Assembly (NCBI RefSeq): GCF_018977255.1
Contig: NW_024704743.1
Coordinates: 49,788,001 to 49,852,000, forward strand
From: Callorhinchus milii
Lineage: Eukaryota
DNA: 64,000 nucleotides
Direction of reading: 5' to 3'
A model generated the notes under the pieces. That model saw only the letters and a program-made list of their open reading frames with translations. It was not told the origin of the DNA and ran no database searches. The position numbers and the translations under genes were made by a program. Numbering within the stretch: the first letter of the stretch is position 1; each line of letters begins with the position of its first letter. Below are positions 22,505 to 32,907 of the stretch, piece after piece.

Positions 22505-24978
22505 CTGCAGAAAGACAAACGTGTTAAACATATGGGTCATCAACAATGCGAGCTACTGCACCTCCGACAACGCGCTCCCCCAAGACATCAGCTGGTTGGT
22601 GTGTTGTGAGCACCCCTTCCTTCCCCCACCAACTCCACTATAAAGGTGGGTCTCAAATGTCGTCTCGTAGATTGCAGTGTCATTGGAGTTCAGGTTAGCA
22701 TAAATACCCACTTAACTCAACAAAAAGAAGTTATAAATTCTTCAAACCTATTTGGCTAACACTCTTGTAAAGTACTTTCTAATTCAGCTGTTCTATTAGT
22801 ATTATAATCCACCGTTGTGCTCTTGTGTTGGACTTCTATTTCTCTTACAATCAATCTGTTTCTCATTCAAATTGCCTTTGGCTCTATGTCACTAAAATAA
22901 TATTTGCCAGTTGCTGAAAGGATCAGAGGAAACAAGGATCATAGCTACATTGTATTAATTATCAAAGATCATACTATTAGACCACATGAATGTGCATTTA
23001 CAGATGATGGGAGACTCAGGTTTGATTTTGAGAGGTGTGTTTACACAGTAATTTAAAGAGTTACAGAAAGCCAAGTGTAACAATCGGTAGCACTGATAGA
23101 GGGAGAGAGTAACCTATATCCTCTCACTCCATTTATAAATCAATGGCAGTATTTTGCATTAGACAAAAGCGATGAAAAGATTGTTAATTTTAGTTATGAG
23201 TGAGAGTTAAGTCCTATTGTACAAAGCACTATGGGGCTGATAAGGCACTAAATAAAATACGAGTCTTATGTTGATCATTTCATTGATTTGTACTGCAACA
23301 TGCACCTTTTTCTTCTGTTCTTTCAGTGATAATTTGCTGAAAAACTGGGATGATTTTGGTCAAACAATCTGTGGAATCTTTGGCTTCTTTTTAGGTGTGC
23401 AGAAACGTGCACAAAAATCTGAAGAATAAAGAGTGCCACAATATGAGGGCTGCCCTCACAAGAGTGGCTTGTTTCCATTTTGCTATCTGCTGCTTACACC
23501 AAAATACTGTAGAGACTATAGCAGTGAAAAGCTGTTTGATGCACGTCTGACAACTGTATTATCAAAGGCTTAAAAAAGACGGTGCGACAGGATTGCAATG
23601 AAATGTCCCTGTTTTGTTTCACAAAACAATCTTCCACTAAATGAACATAAAGGCAACCCACGTAACATCTGTAAACTAGTGTACTGTGGTGCATAATTGA
23701 AAGCATTTGCATATTAATTAGTACTGTGTAAAAAAAATCCCCTGTAAGGCTGTAATTACGGTGTGAAATGTGTGCTCCAGTTTTGTCCAAAAATACTAAT
23801 ACTCTTCAACTTTGAATTTGCAAAAGAGCCTGAAATTGAAAGAGCAAAAGAGCCCCAAAAAGACTTATATGAAGTCTCCTCTATCTAAAACTACTTTGGT
23901 GAAGGTAAAGATATTGGAGGGAAACCAGAATGGGAGCATGAAAATCATGATCCTTGCCTTATCACGTTGTTGAGATGTCTCAAAGAGCTTCACAGGATAT
24001 ACTGTAAAGTGCTGTGATTGTGTGTGTTTTGTGGGTGATATTTATGTGAAACAACAACAACAACGAGATTATGGCGCCTTTCACATTGGGAGGCCCAAGG
24101 CACTGGACAGTGTACAGCATTTCAGACGTGCTAGAATGGCAAGCAACTTCACTTCCAGGAGTAGAGTGATGTTACAAAGAGCATTTCTGTAGGATTGGGC
24201 AAGCACAGCTCTGCTTCATCCAAATCCCTTGAATCCAGAAGATGGGATCACAAACTCCCATCTGACAGCTCCTTCCAAATCACCTCAAAGATTCTTACCG
24301 CTGACACCAAAGAGATGTGCTTGGCTGTTGCCACACAAATTTATTCGATTCAAAATGAGATTTAATTACATTAAATGTCATGATATTATGAGGGGAATAG
24401 GATGGATGGGGCTCATGTGGAGTATGAGTACTGGACAAATTAACTGGACTGGTTGGGCCAAATGGCCTGTTTCCATGCCATCTCACTCGATGCAACTCTA
24501 TGTAATTATCCCCATGCCCAGGATTAAAAGCAAGGGGTCTGTTTTGTTTAGAAAAGTAATGAATGTTTGAAAAGCTACTATCCTAGGCATCAGGTCAGGA
24601 GTTGCTAAATCTGGGTTGTAAGACTGCAATTTTATATAGATAGCAGAATATGCAGTAATCCTCTAATGGATATGGTTGACAAGTAAAGAGTCCTATGAGA
24701 CACTTCTCCCGGGATTCTAAATAGCAGAACACACAATTGTGTCAGTGAGCAGGGTTTTTGGAGCAAAATGTTCTATTTAATTGGATTTGCAAAGATATAA
24801 AACTTTCACCACAAAAACTCCTGCAATTAGCACTAGCAGTCAAAGTGAAGCACTGACCTTTAAAATCACCATCTGCTCATCTGCCTGAATGAAAGCATAT
24901 ACATCTGTAGTCATAACATGGGCATGTGACAACTGGGGCATAACATGGGCATGTGACATCTTTTGGTTATCTTTCTTC

Positions 24979-24979
24979 C

Positions 24980-25015
<36 letters not shown>

Positions 25016-25039
25016 CCCCCCCCCCCCCCCCCCCCCCCC

Positions 25040-25076
<37 letters not shown>
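24979..25076. repeat. ~95-nt poly-C/poly-G tract
   Basis: Almost pure C run with a few interruptions; it produces the spurious poly-Pro and poly-Gly ORFs. Confidence 0.9.
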
Positions 25077-28000
25077 TCTTTAGCTCCTATTTGGGTGCCC
25101 AGCCAGCTGTGGAAAGCGCTTTGAGACATCCTCATGGCATGAATGGCACTGTAGAATGCAAAATGTATCATACATTGCACTGTATTTGTGGTCCTCACAT
25201 GGGCATATGGATATGATATAACATGAACTTGTGGCAACTCCCACAGCACATGCTCTCTTTTCAGAATAACAACCTTTGGACTGGCAGGTTGAATTGCAGC
25301 CAGGAATTTGGGCTCAGCCATTGCAACAGAGTATTATTTATCGAATAGATTTGTTAAGCTTATTTATAATCCTTGCATTTGATATAGCGCTTTTCACGTC
25401 TTCAAAACGTCTCAAAGCGCTTCACAGACTATACTGTAAAGTGAATTGACTGTATATTTGTGGACGGAATTTATCAATAGTGATAATTAACAAATCTAAA
25501 TCGCTTTGTTGAAACTCTAGTTTACGTTCAAATTCAATCATTCTCTAAGCAGTTGGGGACTATCCACAGTGACGATGCTCATATATGTACTGACCTTGTT
25601 GCAACAAAGCAGTTATTCTCTACTGAATTACTCCCCCCATCCCCCACCTCCCCCCCCCATGCACCCCGGGCTAAAATAAACAATCTACTCCCAATAACTT
25701 TACTATTATTATTATTATTTATCTATGAAAGAAAGTCATAGAGTATATCCCTGAGATTCAGGAGCATTTATAATCTCTTATTTAATTATGTTGCCAGGTT
25801 TTCTGATTCTATGCCCCTAACCTCTAGCACTCCCTTCCTCGACTCCTCTATCTTGCCCCCGTCTATTTATTAAAACCTCCCTCTTCGACCTACCTCCTTC
25901 CCCTCCTCTCCACCATTGCAAAATGCTCCAAGATATTACTCTATAGAAGGGTGCTAAATAAACACAAGCTGTTATTCAAAAGTACATGCCTAGTACTGAT
26001 AAGTGCATGTGAAATGTAAGGTTCACAAGCAAAATCACAAGCATTTGCATTAAATTTCATTCAGCCTGGCTCATTTGCTCATTACAGCCCCACTTTTTCC
26101 TTTTGACATTGCAAAAGATACCAGTGTCATTGCACATTCACTCACACACATAATAATAATCCTTGCATTTGATACAGCACTTTTCAAGTCTTCCAGATGT
26201 CTCAAATGCTTCACGGAAAATACTGTAAAATGAATTGATTGCATATTTGTGAGCGAAATGCCCACAATAACGAAACATAGCCTTGCAATGATTTCTGTCT
26301 CAATACCGCTGGATGCAAAATCGATCATTCCTGATTCTTTTCACGTGGTTGAAAACACCAATTCAAATAAACTTTACAAATCTCCAAACCGCACGTTGCA
26401 ACAACCTTTGAAATTGCCATCTGCTTGTCGGCATGAATGAAAGGAATAAATAAAGGAAAAAAGACGAGCTGTCGACATCTGGCAGTTCTCATAAAAGTCA
26501 TTTTATTACTTCCCGTGGTTGCTTGCATCATGTGTGACAATTGTATCACGCGCCTACGCAAGTGAAAATAGGGAAAACTTAAAAGCATTAATGAAATTTT
26601 GTAAGAGATCTTGGTGTGAAAAATAAAATCCTGTGCATGAAGTGGTAACTATCACTGGCAAATGATCATTTTCAATCAAACCTGTCTTTTGTTCTGACCA
26701 GAGGGATGAGTGAACATCATAAGAAAGGAAAGGAGGGCGGCAATGACCTTTAGTTTTTTTTACAACAAATTAACTTACGTTTTTCGCTTATTTGTCTTGC
26801 TGTTCATCATATTCTTTCTCACAATAGGTTAGTGAATGCCTCCATGTAAAGGGCAGATTGTCTGCTTCCATCAATACCTTACCTATAAACTGCCCTATAA
26901 TCTACCCTGTATAACTTCCACTTATTTTTCAGATTTATTGTTTTAGAGATATCTTTTTCTGGTGCCTTTAATAGGTACAATACTAATTGCATAGTAAACC
27001 ACAGAAGCATAAAGTTGAATAGCTAGTCTACATCAGCATGGAGCCTGACATCAATCCATCAAATTCTATTTTAATATGGAATAAACTGTCTTTTGAGAGT
27101 CTAGGAAACATTTATTTCATTTTGTAAAAACAATCAACACACTAATGAAACCTCTCCTGGGGCTCTCACAAACGGCAGGATTCAACAGTGTGTTGGACAT
27201 GTAGTTTAGTCAGAAGCATAAACTCACATTTACTCCAATTAATAGGATTCCCAAAGGTAAAGTGAATTTCAATAAATGGAAACAAATTTCCAGCAAATGT
27301 AAAAAACAGATAATGTCTGTTAGAAAGTGTTGTTTTAGTCTTTAGGTAACAATCATGATATTTTAACTTCGCTTTTGTAATATGGGAACATAAAAAAACA
27401 GGAGGAGGCCATTTTTGACCATTAAGCCTGTTCCACCAGCTTCTTACAATATAAATTACAATACAGATTTACATTTATATAGTGCTTTTCATATTGGGAT
27501 GATGTCCCAAAGTGCTTAATAGATCTTAGTGCTTAGTTGATAGTACTCTCACCTCTGAATCAGAAGGTTGTGGTTCAAGCTCCATGTCGTGACTTGAATT
27601 GATATTCTCTAACATTACATTCCAATGCAGTGTGGGGACTGTGTTGTATTGTATGAGATGCCGTCCTTCGGATGAGATGTTAAACTGAGATCCTATCTGC
27701 CTGTATAACTGCATATAAAGATCCTTGGCACTACTCGAAAAGAGAGGGGAATTTCTCCCAGTGTCCTGACCAACAATCACCCAAATAAAATAAAGTTTCA
27801 TGACTGTTTGTGCGACGTTGCTATCAATTAGCTGCTGGGTTTGCCTACAAATACACTGTGAAGCTCTTTGGGCTATCCTCCTGATGTGAAAGGTGCTATA
27901 CCAAATGCAAGGATTATTATTCTTATTCTAATTATTATTATCCAAGCATCTATCCATCTGTCTGTCTGCTTGCCTGCCTGCCTGCCTGTCTGTCTATCTA

Positions 28001-28381
28001 TCTCTCATTTAAACATCCTGATCTATTTCATCTCCACAGCTTTCTAAGGCAATGCAATCCACATGTTTAGATAAATTGCTTTAGCCAACAGCAGTGACAT
28101 GGCTTAATTCCTCGCAGAGGCCTTTCTTCAGAGATTCTGAGGGCTGACATTTCACACAGACTTAATTTAGGGTTCGTTTTTGTGAAATTTCATATTTTCA
28201 GAATTTTCAAAAGATCTTAAATTCAGTTATAATATGGAAGATGTTTCTCTGCTGTTCTTTTCAACATCTGTGGGAAAGCAGCTCTCCAAATTGAAACTGA
28301 ATTGAGGATTTTTTCAAAAATTCTCCTTGATCTGAAATGTTAAGACAATGGCCTGAAGGATGACAATAAGAATTTGGTTTT

Positions 28382-28699
28382 ATAATAATAATAATAATCC
28401 TTGCATTTGATATAGCGCTTTTCACGTCGGGAGGACGTTCCAAAGCGCTTCACAGAACACAGTGTAAAGCGAATTGACTGTATATTTGTGGGCGAACGGG
28501 GCAGCCAATTGCGCACAGCAATGTTCCACAAACAGTCGTAGATTGAAAATGACCAATTTATTATTGTTTTTGGTTTTGGAGGGATTATTATTAGGTGTGT
28601 GGAGTAAGGAAACTTGCCCAAGGTTTCGCCCTGCCTGGAATTGAACTCAGGTCTCTCGCTTGCAAAGCGAGTGCTCTAACCACTGAGCTACAGGACTCC
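28382..28699 (-). mobile_element. Young full-length tRNA-derived SINE
   Basis: Complete head-to-tail copy, near-identical to 5258-5581. Confidence 0.92.
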
Positions 28700-31007
28700 A
28701 AATTCTTTTGAAGGTGATAAATTTCTTCTGTGATCCTGTTTAGGCCAATATGTAGATGTGCTTTCCTTTTCCAGACCAGAAAGTGAAATTATGTACTTTT
28801 CAAGGGCAGAATTTGTGTCTTCTCAGGATAATATCAAATGCAAGGATTATTATTACTCTGGTTATAATCTGTAACTGTGGTTCTTTCTCAGGAGAGTGAG
28901 GACTCACAATCACTTGCGTCAATCCCTTAACAGCCTTAGGTATGAACCGTGGCATCAAATGGCCTGGATAAAGGCACTGCATCTATGATTTAATTGAATT
29001 TAAGTACTGCATCCACGTAAGAGTTTGAAATCAATACTTAAAACACCATATAACCTCACAAACAGACCTTCAATAGCATAACCCAAGCAAGGCACTTAAA
29101 TCTGAAGTTTTCACTGTTCAGAAACAAAGGATATTTGAAAAACGGTCCAAAGTCCCTTAGTGTACAGTTCAGGTATTCTGTTCAAATGATCTGGCTGTCT
29201 GAATCCCCTTTATTCCCCAAAAGGAGGAAAGAGCTGAAACATCAAATGAAGTGTGAATTAATGTAGCCTGAACCTTCCAAAAAGCATGCACAATTTTGCA
29301 TAAAAAAGCTAGTTGAGTATTTGACACAAAATCTCTGGAAGCATGGAACCAGAAAGGTCATTCAGCCTAATGAGCCTGTTGCTGCTGGAGAAATAATGCA
29401 CAATATGAGTATTTGTAGAGCCTTTGATATAAGAATGCAAAAAAGGCTGAAATTACTATCAGAAATGGGGAGTCAGCAATCGATCCTAGTAAGTACTGAG
29501 ACAGACAATCCTCCACTGACTGAGATCTAGTTTTACACATTACAGGGATTTCTTTTGGCAAAGATATCAAGCAAACCATTGCAAGAATTTTCCTTTTTTT
29601 TAATAAATAAAGATATCGGTGTCAAAAAGATTGCTAATGCAAAGTGCCAACAAACGTCCAAATAAAATTGGTCGTTCGTTTCATGGCTGTTTGCGGGACA
29701 TTGCTGTGCGCAATTGTGCTGCTGTGTTTGCTTACAAATACACAGTCACTTCATTTCACAGTAAATCCTGTGAAGCACTTCAAGATATCCTTCTGATATG
29801 AAAAGGTGTTCTATCAAATGCAATTATCATTATTATTATTAAAGTTGTGGATGAGAGTGGGAACGAGTGACAATCAGATCCACGTTACTAAACTGATACT
29901 GATTTCTTCCTTACTCCAACACTAGGCTTTCCTGTGTTGGCCAGGACACCGGGAGAAACTTCCTATGTTTCCTATGCTGTATACATATGCCTGCAATAGC
30001 GGGGTCCCATTATAATGTGGTAATCAGGCCATAAATTCCCAACTTGTACTATAAAGAGGCACATTCCCGAATCAGCACTTCGACACTCACTGCTCTAACA
30101 CACAGACTGACAACCAGCTCCATCCGTGCTTCATGTTGGCTGACCCATTTCGAAGCACTGGAGCCAGCGCACCCAATTTGTTTTAGGGGTTCGTAAATGT
30201 TGGAATCTACACCACCATTAACTACACACCAACTGTACGTGAACCCTATATAGCAAAGCATATTAGAATTGCGCTCTGAGGCAATTCTGTTTAAATAAAA
30301 CTGCAACAGATATAATTGGATCAATTTAACAATTCATACTGAATGTGAAATTCACGACCCCCACCCCACCCTCTCACCCGGTGTTAGAATATACACTTTT
30401 TGTATACTGCTGGAATCATAATAGATGTTGTGAATGGGTTAACTTTTAAGTTAAGTGTGGGGGCAACTGGACTGACAGTTATGGGATAGGACACATCTGG
30501 TTTTCTCTGTTTTTGGAAGAATAACAGACAGGGGCAGGGGGTCACCTCTTATCAGTAAATGACAACGAGCCACAGAGGTAACGGTCCAAGGTACCAGTCG
30601 ACACAGGATCTCGACTGAGCAGTAAGTCGCTAGATTCTGACAGGGCTGCCAACCGACAGAAGGCAACCCTCAAGAATAGCAACTAATGAGCAAGTTGCTT
30701 AAACTAGAGGGCCTTGGTACCATCCCGGGATACTGATAAGGAATAACCAGTCACTTAAAAGGAATGTACTAATGATCCCACACCACAAAATAATGAGCAC
30801 CAGATACAGCCCTAAACTGATCAATCCTCTATCTTAGACAATTAGATCAGATAACGGGGGTCTTAAGGACAATGTGTATGTGCGCTGAGGCACGTACACC
30901 CCATGAGGTGTTCACGTGAACCCAGCATGATTTCGACAGGTGATCTAATGTCCGCACCATGATTGGATGAACATTGGTATAAGAGTTCCATTGACTTTGT
31001 GTACGTG

Positions 31008-31200
31008 GCCGTCCCGGGTCGCGGAGACAAGGATACGGGAGATGGAGCCGTCTCGGGTCGCGGAGACAAGGATACGGGAGATGGAGCCGTCCCGGGTCGC
31101 AGAGACAAGGATACGGGAGATGGGGCCATCCCAGGCTGCGGAGACAAGGGTACAGGAGATGGGGCCATCCCAGGCTGCGGAGACAAGGGTACGGGAGATA
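31008..31200. repeat. Tandem repeat, 39-bp unit x ~5, inside the LTR
   Basis: Unit gccgtcccgggtcgcggagacaaggatacgggagatgga. Confidence 0.95.
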
Positions 31201-31555
31201 GAAGACTGAGAGCTAGAAACACTAAGACTGAGGTTATCAGATGGAAGATTGAAAGCTGTAAGCAAGAAGACTGAAAGCATGAAGAATCAAGCTTGTGTGC
31301 TGTAAAGACACAGTGTTGAACTCGAGATATCTACGGTGGTATTATTCTGTTATAAGATCTGTTGATTGTACCGGCCTTTGGTCTGACCCATCGGGATATT
31401 GGGGAATAACAAACGAATAATAATAAAACAGTCTGATATCTGGTTAAAGGAATTAGCGTTATTTCCTTACAGATTTGGCTGATTTTATTTTCTAACAATT
31501 TGGGATTCGGCAGGATACTCTGAATTAATACACTCGGCAGTTGACGTGTTTATGA

Positions 31556-31728
31556 GTCCGGTACGACCATAACTAGTAAATAGTTGGGACGGTGGACATG
31601 GTACTCGCAGAAATTAGGTGTCCGGTACGACCGTAACTAGTAGATAGTTGGGATGGTGGCCGTGGTACTCGCAGAAATTATATGTCCGGTACGATCGTAA
31701 CTAGTAGATAGTTGGGACGATAGCCGTG
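31556..31728. repeat. Tandem repeat, 64-bp unit x ~2.7
   Basis: Units start gtccggtacga at 31556, 31620 and 31684. Confidence 0.95.
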
Positions 31729-31931
31729 CCTGCGGGCAATTAACCGAGTGTATTAACCCATTGGGATTCTGAGTATTAAAGAACCTGTATGATTCATTTG
31801 AGCGTGTGTCTCTGATTTGATTTTCTTACACCAGTGCATTGTGTTAACATAAAATAGGAGAATTAAATTTTTGGAATTCAGATTAAAAGATTACAACAAA
31901 AAGCTTAATCCATTATAAATCTGTTGTAGGT

Positions 31932-32680
31932 GTCAGCCTGAGTCAGTTGCTGCTCAGTCAGAAGGCTGTGGGTTCAAGATTACATCAGAAGTCTGAGCTC
32001 ATAGTCTATGCCAGGCCCAAGCTAACAATTTAATACATTCCTTGAGGAATGGTGCATTGTTGAAGATGCCATCCTTTGGATGAGACGTTAAACCAAGGTC
32101 CCGTCAGCTTGATGGACGTTAAAGATCTCAAGGCGCTATTTGAAAAGAAAAGGAAGTTTCTCCCGGTGTCCTGGCCAACAATTGGTCTTTCACTCTATGA
32201 CTGTTTATGGGACATTGCTCTGCGCAACTGTGGAGTCCTGTACCTCAGTGGTTAGAGCACTCACTTTGCAAGTGAGAGACCTGAGTTCAATTCCAGGCAG
32301 GGAGAAACCTTGGGCAAGTTTCCTTACCCCACACGCCTAATAATAATCCCACCAAAAAAAAACAATAATAAATTGGTCATTTTCAATCTACGACTGTTTG
32401 TGGGACATTGCTGTACGCAATTGGCTGCCGCGTTCGCCCACAAATATGCAGTCAATTCACTTTACAGTATATTCTGTGAAGTGCTTTGGGACGTCCTCCC
32501 GACGTGAAAAGCGCTATATCAAATGCAAGGATTATTATTATTATTATTATTCACTGGCTACCGCATTGCCTCCACAATCCATACAGCTAAAACCACTTTA
32601 CCGTATGTCCTGTGAAGTGCTTTGAGATGTCTAGACGATGTGATAAGGTTTTATATCAAATGCCAGGATTATTATAATAA
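31932..32680 (+). mobile_element. Old DeuSINE split by a young full-length SINE (32232-32551)
   Basis: The old element runs to ...gggacattgctctgcgcaactg and resumes at 32552 cactggctaccgc...gtgaagtgctttgag...aaatgccaggattatt. The young SINE lies in between. Confidence 0.8.
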
Positions 32681-32752
32681 TCTTGCAGAATTTGCTTTGT
32701 ACCAACTGACAAATTTACCAGGATCACACTGCTGAGGAAAATGAAAAGTTAC

Positions 32753-32907
32753 CTGACATTTGTGTGTCTCTTCACATACAAATTGTGGAAGTTGTTGGTA
32801 TTTTCCAACTGGCAGTAACCAGACTTCGGCCCCTGTAATCGTTGAATAATTTCAGCCTTCATCTCCATGGCAATATGTGCAGGGAGCAAGGAAAGTAAAA
32901 GACGTTC
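32753..32907 (-). CDS. ADCY2: ADCY2 coding exon (exon 5 equivalent, 155 bp)
   Basis: ERLLLSLLPAHIAMEMKAEIIQRLQGPKSGYCQLENTNNFHNLYVKRHTNV(S). Acceptor CAG 32910-32908, donor GTAACT. Ends in phase 2 and joins the next exon as AG+T=Ser. Not present in the ORF track. Confidence 0.95.

Larger units (their letters stand above)
30382..31830 (+). mobile_element. LTR-retroelement/ERV-derived insertion (LTR plus leader-like segment)
   Basis: Starts TGTTAGAA. Has TTCTAACA at 31490-31497 and TTCTTACA at 31823-31830. Flanks are CCGG and CCAG (4-bp TSD allowing one CpG transition). TATA-like TATAAG at about 30978, AATAAA at about 31422; CpG-rich relative to flanks. Confidence 0.7.

Noticed and set aside
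22303..22518. ORF-track boundaries taken as gene boundaries (also 10841-11026 and 51546-51746)
   Set aside because: These ORFs run into introns; the true exon limits were set from splice sites and phase.
24840..25321. Poly-Pro and poly-Gly ORFs
   Set aside because: Translations of the poly-C tract.
30863..31280. Four overlapping 80-119 aa repetitive ORFs
   Set aside because: Artefact of a stop-free 39-bp (13-codon) tandem repeat inside an LTR.
31556..31728. CRISPR-like array
   Set aside because: Units repeat in full with no unique spacers, the context is eukaryotic and there are no cas genes.
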